Source: Octopus sinensis (Eukaryota). Taken from it: a stretch of 64,000 bases of DNA. The notes under the pieces were generated by a model, which saw only the letters and a program-made list of their open reading frames with translations, made no database searches and was not told the DNA's origin. Both the position numbers and the translations under genes were made by a program. The stretch spans positions 26,846,001-26,910,000 of the forward strand of contig NC_043008.1 of assembly GCF_006345805.1 (NCBI RefSeq), given 5' to 3'. Shown here piece by piece: positions 37,070 through 51,231 of the stretch. How positions within the stretch are numbered: the first letter of the stretch is position 1; each line of letters begins with the position of its first letter.

Positions 37070-37268
37070 CATTAGTTTCAAATTCTGACACAAGGCCAGC
37101 AATTTCAGCATGGAGTAAGTCAATACATCTGTCACAGTGCTCAACAGGTACTTACTTTATTCACCCTGAAAGGATGAATGACAAAGTTGAACTCATTGGT
37201 ATTTGAACTTAAAACGTTAAGGCAGATGAAATGCTACTAAAAATTTTGCCTGATGAGCTGCCAGCTTA
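37070..37268 (-). mobile_element. SINE (family of 47785-48007)
   Basis: caaggccagcaattt...gaaaggatgaatgacaaagttga...gagctgccagcttacc. Confidence 0.8.
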
Positions 37269-38610
37269 CCATCACATACATATATTAATAGTGAAAGAGC
37301 TGCATATTGGCAGTCATATGTGACTTGCGCACCACACTTTGGCCACTCCTGCTATTTGTTCTTATCTTGGTGTCTAATGATGAATAGTTATATTAAATTA
37401 TTTATATTGTATACATCATGTGCATATGCTTGTGAAAATAATTTTAATTTGGGTGGTGATGGGACTATGAGTGCTTTTGTATGTGATATTATGATGATGA
37501 CTGTCTGTATGTCTATGTGTGAGCTTGATTGTTGAACTTTTGATTTCTATTCACCCACACACATATCTACCCATGTAATCACATGCACACAAACACACAT
37601 ACATACTTATGTACACATACTTGCACACAGACATGTATCCTTGTATACATATATATGTGTGCATGTGTTTTTCTCTATGTTTGAATGCTGTTTTGCAGTT
37701 GCTGCTTTTGATGTTGTCTTTCTGTTCTAGCTACTGGTTTCTCATTCATATCCCTGTTTTCCTGCTTTGTATTTATGCATGTTGGCTCTAAATACTAATT
37801 GGTTTTGTTTGTTTCATATAAAAGCTTATTTGTGTTTATCTTCATGCATACAAACACTTTAGTATGGTCACATATGCTTTCATATATGTATATGTATGCT
37901 TGACTGCATATATTCATGCATGCAATTATGTATGCATATATGTATAATAATTTTCCCAGTTGTTTATTTATTACAGTATTGTAATATTATACTATTATAG
38001 ATTATATTATATTAATTTTCCTTAATTTGTTTTATGTCCCAAGATGTTTTTGTTTGTGTGTTGTCATCATCATTGTATTAATAATTTGTTTGTTTTACAG
38101 TGGTGTTTCTTGTTTGGGTTATTTATGCTTGAAAATTGTTGTTTGCAAAGAGTAACCATATTAATGCTACTCATAGGGGTATAGTAGCTTAAAGAATTGG
38201 GAAGGTTATAAATGAAATAGAAGTTATGATTAAAATAGTAGAAAAGAACCAGATCCATTAGATTATTACTCAGTAGTATATATCCATTCAAGAATGCCTC
38301 TGTGTTGATAACAACAGCAAGCTCAGCAATACAAACCCACTAACAAATTGTAAAATTGTAAAGAAGTACTTCACCATATGAGAAGCAGGGAATGGCAATG
38401 TAAAAGCACTGTCACAATTTATAACAGAGAAATTGTCTGATCATAGACAACAGCATACAAAAGTAAAGAAAGAGATGTTAATATCCTAGCAGCATGAAAA
38501 TTTAACATGGTGTTTCAGTTATAGAAATTGCAATAAATAATACTTAACCACCCTTATATTATCCAAAACTTAGGAAAGTTACAGAGACAGAGCACTACAG
38601 AATATTATTT

Positions 38611-38913
38611 TTATTTATTTATGCACCCTTTTCAAGCCTAGCCAGTTTTCTGGATTCTGTAGCGTATGTATTCCCCCCAGCTGGACGGGACGCCATTTCA
38701 TTGCAGCATTACTCAAGAAACAGGAAGAAAGAGTGAGAGAAAGTTGGGGCAGAAGAGTACAACAGGGTTCACCACCACCCCCTGCCGGAGCCTCGTGGAG
38801 CTTTCAGGTGTTTTCACTCAATAAACACACGCAACACCCAGTCTGGGAATCGAAACCATGATCCTCCAACCGTGAGTCCACTGCCCTAACCACTGGGCCA
38901 TTGTGCCTCCACA
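38611..38913 (-). mobile_element. tRNA-derived SINE with V-domain-like segment
   Basis: Minus strand has a tRNA-like head (tggcccagtggttagggcag...gtttcgattccc) and a ggcgtcccgtccagctgggg segment. Confidence 0.85.
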
Positions 38914-39934
38914 CCTTACAGAATACCAGAACCATATTCTTAATTTAAGTAATCTGCAACACCACCATCACAACTCAAATATATAAATAATAATATTAAA
39001 AAGACGCTAAAAAATCTAATAATGCAAGTAAATGCAATTTTATGCAAAATAGTTATTTATTTAGCAGTACAATTTTACAATCTTGTGGGAAGTAATAATT
39101 GATTAACTTATTAGAAACATACACGCCTGTCGATGTCAATGACTATTTATTCTGGATACCTTAACAACTGTAAAAATCCATGTTTTAACCCTATGCAGAG
39201 ATGATGAACTGACATTTCAAGCACATGTAAGACCATGCAATTAGTAAGTTAAGAGAAACTCTACCTTTAAAGGGTACAACTGAAATAGAACTGTTACTAT
39301 GTCCATCAGCACCAGATACCTTAAGTCATCAAATCCAACAGACTGTAGATCAGTTGGCATTTGAGCTATTCCCTCCAAAACAGCAACAATAAACAGATTT
39401 TTCTGTTGTTGCTTTACTTACAATTTCCTCATATAACTTGAAATGAATGACTTAAGCTTCCCCAGCCACAAATATAACTATTTACAAGATATTTATATTT
39501 TACTTCATCTTGAATCTGAAGGAATCAGGTGATATTCTATGCCTATGGAAGTATAAATAATTTGAAGCTTAATAAATTTCTAAATAAATACTAACAACTT
39601 TTAAAATACATGCTATGCATCATTTTCTTTAGTTTGAAGATCTACCTACATCATACATGCATTAGCATTAAAAGAACTTGAAATTTAATGGGTAGTCATT
39701 GTCACTAAAGGAAACAAACTGTAATAAAATATAGAGAATATGTTCTTTATTAATTTTATAACTGCAAGAGTATTCAGTAGTCAAAGAACTCAAAAGAAAG
39801 AAGATTCTTATATTGGTAGTGATAATCTTGTTAGAATGTTCTTAACACCTTTTGATTACTTTAATAGCCACTCTACTAGTATGCACTAATATATTTATGT
39901 GTGAGCATTTATTAATATATATGCACACACACAT

Positions 39935-40017
39935 CTATCTATCTGTCTGCCTATCTATCTACCTACTTATCTACCTACCTACCTACCTACCTACCTACTA
40001 CCTACCTACCTACCTAC

Positions 40018-40053
<36 letters not shown>

Positions 40054-40145
40054 TCACCTACATACCTATCTATCTATCAATCTGTCTATCTATCTGTCTA
40101 TCTATCTATCTATCTACCTACCTACCTACCAACTTACCACCTACC
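39935..40145. repeat. (CTAT)n/(CCTA)n compound microsatellite
   Basis: Visible simple repeat. Confidence 0.95.
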
Positions 40146-40355
40146 TACATAAGGGAGTGATGAAAAGTTCCTGGCTTTGGGTAAAATACAGGAGGATCAG
40201 TAAATTATGATTCTATTTAACATATTCCCTGATCAGATTCATATACTTAGTACAGTAGTCCTTCAGTTTTTCTAAGCCCTTTAAAAGAATTTGGAAGTTT
40301 GGGCCTCAAACCAGGCGCTTCTCAACACCCTTAAACCTAGGAACAGCACCCCTTC

Positions 40356-40360
<5 letters not shown>
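40146..40360. mobile_element. Mariner-derived MITE
   Basis: tacataagggagtgatgaaaagttcctggc ... aggaacagcaccccttcatgta; mariner-type TIRs with TA flanks and no ORF. Confidence 0.7.
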
Positions 40361-40403
<43 letters not shown>

Positions 40404-40411
40404 GTGTGTGT

Positions 40412-40560
40412 GTGGAGGTGCGTGGCTTACTGATTAGGGTGTCAGCATCATGATCGTAAGATTGTGGTTTCGATTTCTGGACCAGGCAACACATCGTGTT
40501 CTTGAGCAAAACACGAATGGCTGTGCCCCAGCATGGCCACAACTCGTGAGCTGAAACTAG
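40412..40560 (+). mobile_element. Internally deleted tRNA-headed SINE
   Basis: gtggaggtgcgtggctta...gtggtttcgatttctggacc head joined to ccccagcatggccaca tail. Confidence 0.65.
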
Positions 40561-41039
40561 ATAAAATTAATATATATATATATACATATACATATAATAA
40601 TAAAAATAATGCTTTGATGGAATCTATAAACATTTAATGCGTCGCTATTTGCGTTTCTATAAATCACATGTCTTTTAAGATCACTGTCTGTATTTCTGGG
40701 ATGATTACAGTGCAGTCCGTAGTATCCTTCTATATATATATATATAGACACATATTCTATAATTACAAGAATAATTATAATCAGGGGGGAGGGGTCAGCT
40801 AATTGCTTCACGCACTGAATTTAGAAATAGTAGTTAAAATACCTTTTTCACAACCATAAATATATCCCAGACAGTAACAAACTTTTTTACGTAGGCAAAG
40901 AGAAAAAATATCGAATCCACACGACTCAGATTAGCTACATACGCGTTTCGGGATTAAAGTAAAGTTATATTTACTTATTTCCCATCTTCAGTTCAGCATT
41001 TTCATTAATTGATTTTACCCTTGTAAGTTCAATCGGGCG

Positions 41040-41610
41040 TTTGAATGGAAATTCCCATGAAGATGTTATTTTTCCTGCAGCTTTTGCGTTTTTTGCCCGA
41101 TTTTAATGAAAATCGATGAGTGAGTGAGGCTTATGGCAGTGAGTTGATGACAGCATATGACATTGACAAAAAATCGATAATTGCGCCTAAGCAGTAGTTT
41201 TATAAAATCAATAGGCTCTTTGCATGCAAATACGCATAGGGATTTTATTTTTGGCCGTAACTTTTTTTTATCCGTTTTTCATGAAATTTGAAATGTAGAT
41301 AAATTTTATGGTGGGCAGATGGTAAAAGTGTTTATTTGATTCAAAAGGGCTTTAAAAGGGTATACGCGCAAATAAGCATTTCCTTAGAGTCATTCTTATC
41401 GATTTGTAGAAATTTTACACGTGATTACAGTTCATGACAATTACTTGATGCCAGCATGAAGAGTTCACAAAAAATCCATGAGCAGCGGATTTTAAGAAAT
41501 CAAAAGGCTTTTTGTATGCAATTAGCCATAGGATTAATATTTTATGGTGTAACTTTAACAGAATTCATCCGATTTGGATGAAATTTGACATTTAGGTAAA
41601 GTTTATGGTC
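41040..41610 (+). mobile_element. Non-autonomous repeat with internal subrepeats (Helentron/MITE-like)
   Basis: Recurring ccgatt..atgaaa and gtaacttt motifs; CpG-rich relative to flanks. Confidence 0.35.
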
Positions 41611-41667
41611 ACAGTCATGTAGTAGTCATGGGTCCAACAGCTAGAATGCATATATATATATGCATAC

Positions 41668-41713
<46 letters not shown>

Positions 41714-41744
41714 CAAGAACGATGACTGCATTAGTATGGTCATT

Positions 41745-42446
41745 GGTCATGTGATGCGTATGGACAAATACAGCAGTGTAAAGAAGTGCCGATTTCTAAC
41801 TGTGGAGGGAACCTGTAGTAGAAGTAGACCCAAGAAGACATGGGACGATGTAGTGAAGCATGATCTTTGAAATTTGAGCCTCACAGAGGCAATGACTGGT
41901 GACCGAGACCTTTGGCAATGTGATGTGCTTTAGGGGACCCATCAAGACAAGTGCACTCATGCTGGTGGTACGTAAAGAACATCTTTTGAATATTAGCCCG
42001 ACAGAGGCATTGTGGCTGAGTTCCTTTTGAGCATTGTGCCTTACGAAGGTAAAATGGCTGAATTCCTCTCGAGTGTTGGGCCTCAGGGATGCAAAGTGAA
42101 TGGGTTCCTTTCGAGTGTTGGGCTTCTCGGAGACAATGACAGACCTTTGGCATTATGTCGTGCTTGTGAAGAAGATTCATAAAACTTAGCAAAATCACAG
42201 ATGTGACAGATACCGGTGTCATACAAATTGGCATGTAAATGCACCCTGATTTCACGCAAATGTCACCCATGTCAGCGGCACATAAAAGCCCCCATTGCAT
42301 TCTCTGAGTGGCTGGCGTTGTGAAGGGCATCCAGCTGTAGAAAACTGGAGTCTAGTGCAGCCTTCCAGTGTGCCATCCCAGTCAAACCATCGATCCCATG
42401 CCAGCATGGACAATGGACGTTAATAGATGATGATGATGATGATGAT
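41745..42446 (+). mobile_element. RTE-clade LINE, 5'-truncated 3' end
   Basis: GHVMRMDKYSSVKKCRFLTVEGTCSRSRPKKTWDDVVKHDL, then a 3' UTR ending in (ATG)n. Confidence 0.9.
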
Positions 42447-44102
42447 ATGCTACTTCTTATAGGCTTTTGTTTTGTTGTTTGAATTATTGAACTCTGGCCA
42501 AGCTAGAGCAGCACTTTCAATATTTTAGTGGATTACATCATTTGCAGTTCTTATTTCTACATCTGGTACTTATTGAATCTGTCTTTCTTTATTAAACTGT
42601 TAAATTACATGCTATAAACAAACAAACATGGCTAGATTTACACAAACACATTCATATAAACATTCACATATACACAGACAAATAAATGCCTATTTAACAC
42701 TATGCAAATTAAATTCTTGAATTATTGAAATCCGCTTTGCTTTGAAAGAAATGTAAATAAATTGTTGATGGTAGCTGTGATCAATGCTGAATAAGAAGGG
42801 GAGATAACATCAAGGATCAAGGATTTTCTGAAAATGACTTCATTTGCAAATTACCAAACAAAGGGTATAAATCTTCTCTATTCCTATTTGTATATGACTT
42901 ATATCTGCTGGTGTTACTGTCAAAAAGCTATTATACTGATGATGCAGAAACGTGTTTCATTTCACTTTTCTTTAATTACATGTTAATTCTAGAGAATATT
43001 TGACTCTTGAGAATATCTGAGATTGTTATTTGGAGTCAGTTGTAATTGCCACTGAGTGTTTGTTAATCTTTCTCTGAAAGCAAAGATAATTTCAATAAAT
43101 CAGCACTTGTATACTTTTGATATAACTTAAGTTAACATTGTAAAAATTCTTGCAACAGGCCACTATGAGTTCGTTTCCAGAGCCAAGGTTTGTTTATATA
43201 CATATACTTAGAGTTAGTCTGCTCCTATTCAAAACTTCACTACCTCTTGTTAGATGTACTTTTCCTGTGCTTGAGCCCAAATGTAGCTTCTGAGTCTCAG
43301 GAGCTGTTTGAAATTTGCATTAAAGCTAGTAAAAATATTTCTCATCTCAAATGGCTCAATGTTGTCTGTCTTGTTTGAATTCCGGATATTTTAATGCATT
43401 TTTAGACCAATGTGGGACTTACATGTCTTACTATAAATTTGGCATACAAGCATGCCAGCTGGAATGAATTTTGTGTCGTTTGGGCCAACTATATGATGAG
43501 CTCTGAGTTAATCCAGCCATTATGAGTTAAACCTGCCTTAGAAATTTAAGTCTTATCACTTGTGGAGCAATTGAAAGATGATACAATTTCTGTGTTTAGC
43601 AAGGTGGGTTTTTTTTCCCACAATTCCCTTTCATTTTTGCATATTTTAGTTTATCTTACCCCTAAGCAGATCTTTCTTTTCTGCCATTGATTTCTGTCAA
43701 GGGTAAGAGATTCAACATCTTTGTATGGTATATTCCTCTTCCCAAGATTTACTTTTACAAGTCTTTGACTTGCACTATTTTTGTTTCTCAGCAGATAGCT
43801 CACAATAAAAAAAAAACTTGCTTAGGGATGTACTCCTCTCCCATCCATATTGCATGGCCAGTTCACTATAGCTGATTGGAAACCAGCATAGTTTGAATTG
43901 ATGAGGTTTCTGCTGCCTCTAAAACTTTTGTATCTAGTGTAAGCGATTTCCACCCAACCCTGAAAATTTGATGAAGACACTTTTGGTGAAAGGATTCTAA
44001 GGGTTTTATGTGTTGGATGTAAACAGTCTATGTTTCTGCTGAATAATGAAGAGGGATAGTACAAATGCATAAGTCAAAATTGTTTTTTGTGATGATCTTA
44101 TA

Positions 44103-44460
44103 GGCGCAGGAGTGGCTGTGTGGCAAGTAGCTTGCTTACCAACCACATGGTTCTGGGTTCAGTCCCACTGCATAGCACCTTGGGCAAGTGACTTCTACTA
44201 TAGCCTCAGGCCAACCAAAGCCTTGTGAGTGAATTTGGTTGACGGAAACTGAAAGAAGCCCGTCGTATATATATATGTGCGTGTGTGTCCATGTTTGTTC
44301 CCCAACATCACTTGACAACCGATGCTGGTGTGTTTACGTCCCCGTAACTTAGTAGTTTGGCAAAAAAGACTGATAGAATAAGTACTAGGGGCGATTTCTT
44401 CGACTAAAGGCTGTACTCCAGCATGGCCACAGTCAAATGACTGAAACAAGTAAAAGAGTA
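44103..44460 (+). mobile_element. Near full-length tRNA-derived SINE (CORE-like)
   Basis: ggcgcaggagtggctgtgtgg (A box), gggttcagtccc (B box), caccttgggcaagtg core, tail gaaacaagtaaaagag. Confidence 0.9.
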
Positions 44461-44969
44461 GTATGTCATTCTAACAACACATGATTCATAAAAGAATCAA
44501 AAGACTTTGCTTCGTTTTGAATGGAAGATGCAATTTCTGTATCCAAAGTTCCCTTTAAGTTAGACATGCTGATAAGGTATTTAAAGGAATTGACAGCAGC
44601 TAACCTGTTCTCTTTCACATATATTTGAGAAACATTAGGTGCCTGCTCTGGTTTGGGTTAATACATTACTGGAGTTTTCTTAGCAGTAATTGTTTATCTA
44701 AAGATGTCACAAGTAGCATCAAATGCTTTGATCAGATTCTGTAAACTGATTTCACTTTTAGATACCAAGTTACAGTCATCAGCATAAAGGAGATCTTTAA
44801 TTAGGAATTTAAAGAGCTTACTCTTAAAATTCATTCTTATGAGTTAAAGAGATTTCCAGTAGTACCTTTAACCATGATGATCTGTCCAATGCATACCAGC
44901 ATGGAAACACTTGATCTAAATGCTAATATGATATACTGTATATGTTGTGTGTATGTGTATGTGTGTGTA

Positions 44970-46219
44970 TTGGGTCATCCTATAAATAACGTGGGTTTTA
45001 ATATTTATTTTTATTCTTCAAAATTAAGACAAACAAATGTCTGTTTTAATCTAAAATATACTCTCCGTCATTTTCTGCAATGCTCTTCTATTTATCTGGT
45101 AGATTGGCAAGGCCCCTCTTCCAAAATTCACTTGTCTATGACAAAAAGTACTCCTCTAGTACTGTTCTGAATCAACAGAATTCATGATTTGAAGACTGCA
45201 GAGTAAGTGATAATTAGATGGGCAATGTCCAGCGGATATGGCAGGTGAGGCATCGTTTTCCATTCAAATTGTTTCAGCCTTTAGAATGTCATCCTCATTG
45301 TGTGTGGCTGAGCATTATCCTAATGGAAGAACGCCTTTTGTCTTGAAACGAAAGATCGTTGTTTTTCTTGTAGCACTGACTTAAGCTGCTCAAGCTGTTC
45401 ACAGTAGATTTCCATTATTATCATTTAGTTTGGGTTTAAAAGTTGAAAGTGAACTAAACATTTCATATCCCACCAAACAGATACCAACAGCTTACATGGG
45501 TAAAGTCTTTCTTTAGCCTGGGATGCCAGTGTTTCTCTTTTCTCTACCCACTGTCTTCGGTGCTTGACATTTTTATAGAGAACTCATTTCTTGTCACCAG
45601 TCACTATTCTGTCCCAAAAAGGTTCATTTGTGAGATGTGACAGCAAAGAAGAGCACACATTCATTCTCTGCAAGCGATTAGACTCAGAAAGTTTGTGAAC
45701 CAATTTGTTGATTTTTCCAATGGCAGGCAGGTGTCGATGAATGGTTGAACGATCAAATCCAAGCTTCTCTGATAGATCTGCAACAGTTACGATGGGATTT
45801 TGTTCAATCAGAGTTTGCAGGACGTCCTTGTTGAGCTTTACAGATCCTCAATGATGAAGCTCATTTTCTAGGTTGTATTTTCCAGCTCGGAATTTCTGGA
45901 ACCACCACTGACACTAGTTTACGTTTATTGTCTGATCCCTATGTACTGCAATAATATTCCTTGTACTTTCTGTTGCTTTGTGGCCTTTATTGAACTCATA
46001 AAGTAAAATATGCCAAATATCCCCCTTTGTCCCTTACATTATAGCTTTGAAAAAATATCTCTTAAAATCAAACTGCACTCTTCAAACTTGCACTAAGAAT
46101 AAGCACCAGGTAAAATTACTACATGCTTTTATAGCAAGTTGATACAGGTAGTTCATCCTGTCCCCCTTTGACTTCTAGTTCATGCAACTGAAAACCTCAT
46201 TATTTATGGGATGACCTAA
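44970..46219 (-). mobile_element. Mariner transposon, decayed
   Basis: TIRs ttgggtcatcctataaataa / ttatttatgggatgacctaa with TA flanks; DNAQPH...FEWKTMPHLPYPLDI remnant. Confidence 0.88.
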
Positions 46220-46963
46220 TATATATATATATATATATATATGTAGAGAGAGAGAGAGAGAGATATGTGCATATGCTCAAACACAAATATATATGTATAT
46301 ACATTCAAGTTTTATATACCTACATGCATGCACGCACACACACACAAGCACACATGCATACAAACACACACGGAATTTTGAATTTGTAGACAATAAGGAA
46401 AAACTATTCCACACATTTGCCATCTGTAAAGAAAGTGTTGTTCTAACTAGTTCTTTGCTATCAATGGAAATCTTGCAAGACTAATAACATTTATTAAGAA
46501 TACCAAACACACACATGCATGTTTGCACACATACGCACACACAAACGTGTGCATGTGTGCACATGTGTGCACACACGAAAACGTTTTTAAAATAATGTTC
46601 TATGGATGAAAGAATTAATTTCATTTGGTTACTTTCCTTTTGTTATTAATGGATATAGCCATTTTTTCTTATCAAAGGGTTTTGGAATGTCTTGGATTGT
46701 ATTGTACTGACAAGAACAAAAAAGGCCCTTTGAACTTATAGTAGAAGCCATCTTGAAGTGAGAATAAAGAGAAACAAGGGTTTTGCAGCCCTTATAGTTA
46801 AACCTATTGGAACATATCGCATTAATTTTGTCTTTGAATGTGTTTCACTAATTAGTGGAGTTCTTTTATTGCCAGTTTTTCTTTTAACCCTGCGCTATCC
46901 CTGGTCCTGCAGAAATTAGGTCAAATGCATACCAGCCATGCAATCATAAACATATTTTCGTAA

Positions 46964-47013
46964 TGCATCGGCCGGGAAACGAACCTGGGTTGCCCATGTG
47001 GCAGGCGAGCATT
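46964..47013 (-). pseudogene. 5'-truncated tRNA-Gly(GCC) fragment
   Basis: aatgctcgcctGCCacatgggcaacccaggttcgtttcccggccgatgca matches the anticodon arm, T arm and 3' acceptor strand of eukaryotic tRNA-Gly-GCC; the 5' acceptor strand and most of the D arm are absent. Confidence 0.85.
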
Positions 47014-47784
47014 AAACATATTTCCATATGTAGTGTAACTAGGGCTACATCATACAATGTGTCCTCTTACTTTTTAGACAATAAGATGAAATTTGAGGGA
47101 AGTTTGATTGCTTTTTCTAGTAATTTGAGTGCCTGCACACAGACTTCCTTATTTTGATAGGTGTTAAACATCTGCTTTCTAAGCAACTCTTTATTACTTG
47201 GCAATTTTGTGTCAGTGTACAGTAATATATATTGCAATGTTTGTCTTAATCCATAAATGTTATATAGTGTTAGGAAGATAAGAGAATTGTGAGCCATTAA
47301 TGGCATATACTAAAATGAATTTGCAAATTCATAGATTCAGCTCACCAGGAGCTTTCAACTCTTCCATGGTGTATACCTTCAAGCTATTATATATATTGCC
47401 CATTTAAAATGATTACCTAAGATAAAAGTTGTAATAAACATACATAGTTATAATATACAATGTTTTGTTAAATAATTGGGCGTTTATAAAGACAGCAAAT
47501 TGGCAAGTTGTAGCTTAAATTACATTAAAAATCAAAGTGAATGCAGCTGGTAGGAAAATCTTCAATCTTCAACATGCCCTAATCACAAAATAACTAACCT
47601 ACTGACTTCTTGTTTCCTCTCTTTACTTTGATTTTTCTCTGTCTTATTTTTATTTATTTTGTACATCAAGTTCAGCATTTTCTTTGAACAAGCAAACTAC
47701 GTGATAGGTTGAGATAATAGAAATATCAACCAATTTTCTATTAAATAACACTCATCACAGTTCTATTCTAGTAGTCTTTAAGGT

Positions 47785-48007
47785 AAATAATCCTTTCTAA
47801 TGTAGGCACAAGGCCTGAAATTTTGGGGGAGGGGACCAGTTGATCACATTGACTCCAGTGTTTCACTGGTACCTAATTTATCGACCCCAAAAGGATGAAA
47901 GGCAAAGTCGACCCCAGCAGCATTTGAACTCAGGATGTAAAGACAGGCAAAATATTGCTTAAGCATTTTACTTGGCATGCTAATGATGCTGCCAGCTTGC
48001 TGCCTTC
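47785..48007 (-). mobile_element. tRNA-derived SINE with Nin/Deu-like central domain
   Basis: Minus strand ...gggtcgactttgcctttcatccttttggggtcgataaattaggtaccagt... Confidence 0.85.
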
Positions 48008-48659
48008 TATAAGGTAAATAATGTCTGTAAAACAGATAGAATGGGCATGAATGGAATATCTTTGGTCATAGATTCACTTATACTTGGGCTAAACAACATA
48101 AATACCATCTTTTCCTTTCAAGTTCATGAGTGTGTTTCCTCTATTCCGATACTCTGAAAAATTTGTTGCTTCATATTTATTTGCCACAATTACTTAATGA
48201 GGAAGAACAGGCCAACATGGGTGCCCCTATATGAACACTAAACTTATTAGAAACAGTAACCAAATCTCATTTCAAGGATATGGCTTCATCTTAATGAAAC
48301 TATATGTTGAATGATACAGATATGGATCATCATCAATAAAAAGCAAAAATAAAAGCAAAGAATACAAAAGATGAGATATCCATAGCCAAAACCATTTGAT
48401 TATTGGTCTCCTCAATCAGATATGACCCAGGTATTGTGTTAACTTTACCAGTTTCGGTAGGAATATGAGCATTGTGCTTCTGTCTCCATTTTCTTGATTA
48501 TCACAGACATGACTTCAAAGCTTGCTAGGTCATTATTGCCCCCTCCTGGGATTGATAAAATATGTATCAGCTAGCAACTGAAGTCACTATAAACAGCTGA
48601 TTCCCCACAAGCACCATCACCACCACACCTGAAAAAATTTGTGGCCTTCTGCCTTTGAA

Positions 48660-49278
48660 AGAAAACATTATTAATAACATTGATAAAAGCAATAGAATGG
48701 CAAAGCTGCTTAAGCATCAGACAAAATGCCTCCTCACCTGCTCCAAAAAAAGCCAAGATTTTTTCATCTGTAAGGGAATGTGATGGCCTCAGTTTTTTTT
48801 ATGCGTTTATTGACTATCCTCAGAAGGGCTACACCATCAATGGGAAGTACAATGCTGATTTGCTGAGGCAGTTACAAAAGGCTGTCAAAAACAAACACCA
48901 AGAAAAATTGACAAAAACGGTCTTGTTTTATGAGAACCTTGCTCCAGTACACGTCCTTGCTTTCAATGGCTGTGGCTTTGAATTGGTTGATCCCCCACCC
49001 TGTTCTCCTGACTTTGCCCCAACTGACTATTATATGTGCCCCAACATGAAAAAACACTTGGCTGGGAACCAATATTGCTGTGATGATGATGTCATATCTA
49101 CTGTTCATGACATTTTTGACCAACAGGATGAAAGCTTCTTGCCTAATGGGACACAAACACTACAATACTGATGGAAGACTTATATGGACAGCAAAGAAGA
49201 TTATGTCGAAATATAACCTCATTTGTCACACTCCATAAGGAAATATTGCTGAGCCTGTGAACTTTTCAGTCAACCTTC
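48660..49278 (+). mobile_element. Mariner catalytic-domain fragment (irritans/Hsmar2-like)
   Basis: SSPAPKKAK, IDYPQKGYTINGKY, ELVDPPPCSPDFAPTDYY..PNMKKHLAG; right TIR-like gcctgtgaacttttcagtcaacc. Confidence 0.88.
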
Positions 49279-50192
49279 AAAAAGATAACATTGCAGGTGA
49301 GAGATATAAACTACCATTTAATTAATTAGTGAAGCAAAATACTGTGGTTGGTCATGTATTTTTGCTGTTGCTGTGTATCTCCTGCTCAACTCTGAAGGAG
49401 AAACCTTATAATCAAAGGCATTTCAGTTAGGGAAATCCTATCACTTTAGGAGATTGTCTAAGACTACATTATGCAATGAGCCTTTTCTTTGTTTATCACT
49501 TTTGATACCATCCCCACTGTATGAATCCTGAGATCACACAGTACAAAATGTCAGTATTCATATTTAAATTAAAACCTGCTATCATAATTTGAACTGAGAT
49601 TCTTTAATAAAATTATGTTAAAAGCAGCATCTTAATAAGCAAAATGTTATTCTGTGAAATTCGTTGGTATTTTAGGAATTAATTAAAATACATGGTTTTT
49701 GTGTTTCGTTAGCTATATAACCATAAATGGGTGAAGATGTAACTTTAAAAAAGAGAGATTTTGCACAGGTTTAGTGCCCACATTGAGATTTCTCTACTGT
49801 TTCAACTGATCATTTCATAATGGTTAGCAGTATCTATTGTTATTTTTTGTTCTTTACATTCTTTTATACATTAACTTGCTTCAGATGTGGGATTATGACT
49901 ATGCTGGAGCATTTCTTCATACTAGGGCATAGCTTGATTACACTTATCTAACTATTTGATTTTGTTTGTTTTATTTTATAAATGATACTTAATTGATTTC
50001 AAATGAATGAAAGGAAATATGTACCAGAGTTGGAGTTGAACTAAGCATCAAATATTGTCTGATACTCTACCAGCCAATCAACATGGTTTGCTATACAGTT
50101 TACTTACATCACAACTTAGGTTACCAATGAAACATAACTAGATTTTTTCTATTCTAGCGTGGGATGGGCTATCATATTTATGTAGTACTTAC

Positions 50193-50260
50193 AGATCTAA
50201 GTAGACTTAGTAGCAATTCTACATCATAAACATTGGTAAAGTTATTGTATAATATTAATC
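50193..50260 (-). CDS. Candidate exon (GLILYNNFTNVYDVELLLSLLRS), phase 1 to 0
   Basis: gttcttctgcag| 68 nt tct|gtaagt; only one frame is open. Confidence 0.65.
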
Positions 50261-51231
50261 CTGCAGAAGAACATTTGATGTGTGTCACAGTTGTCTTCTA
50301 TTTCATAACAGGAACAAATATTTCATCTAGTATTAATTAAAATTTTCCCTGGATTATAAGAATAAAAGTTTAAGTGTATTTGACATTATTATTATAACCT
50401 GACAAAACTGTATTTGTCACTATTATTTAATCTAAATGACTGTTTTGTTTTTATATAGGTAAGTATGATTGTTAAGCATTTTGCTTAATCAAACCTACAA
50501 TCAAAGGCTTACCACCTGTTACTGCTTTGAATATTTTTTTTTATCTAAGATAGTGTTATCCAAAGTATTCTATTTTTTAAATGGTAGGATTTGATTTAAG
50601 AAAGATTTGGCTGCCATTTCTAACATGCTGATCGACCAAATAGAGGCCCATAGTTTACATGTAAGTCATTTTAATTTTCTTATATTCCCTAGAATAAGCC
50701 AGGATACAACATACTGAAAAGAAGATAGAATTGTAAAAGTTATGAAAATTGATGAAAATTCTGAATGTTTTTTGATTACAAAGATTGGGGTTCCTAGCCT
50801 CTGTTGTTTTGAAAGTCCTTAACAGAGACAAGTAATTAAATGATTAATCAAACAAAAAGCAAAATAATATTGGTACAGAATACTTCCATAATTGGATATG
50901 TTGAATATGAGAAATAAAAGTTGATAAGATGTAGGTTAAGAAAACTCTATTATCTAAGATTCTTTATTGTACAGAAATAATGAAATATTCACATCACAAA
51001 TATCTAAGAAGGATAAAACAAAGAAGATAAAATGACCCAAGTTTTCAAACACTGAACTTATTTCCTCAACTTGTTATTGCTTGATGCTACAAATTTCTCC
51101 TGTTAAAGGAAAATCCTTAAAGAATGTATATACTTTTTGAAAAGCATAATGCTTGATAGAAGGCTTTCATTGTTTCACTTGCAAAATATTTCAATGTCAT
51201 TCCTATCAATAACATCCATTCAAATAAACAG

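Noticed and set aside
42916-42945. ctgatga-tgca-gaaacgtg as a hammerhead (also isolated CTGANGA hits near 7.45, 10.9, 22.07, 30.34, 54.58 and 59.64 kb)
   Set aside because: No valid NUH cleavage triplet or stem I, or no stem II; such short cores are expected by chance.
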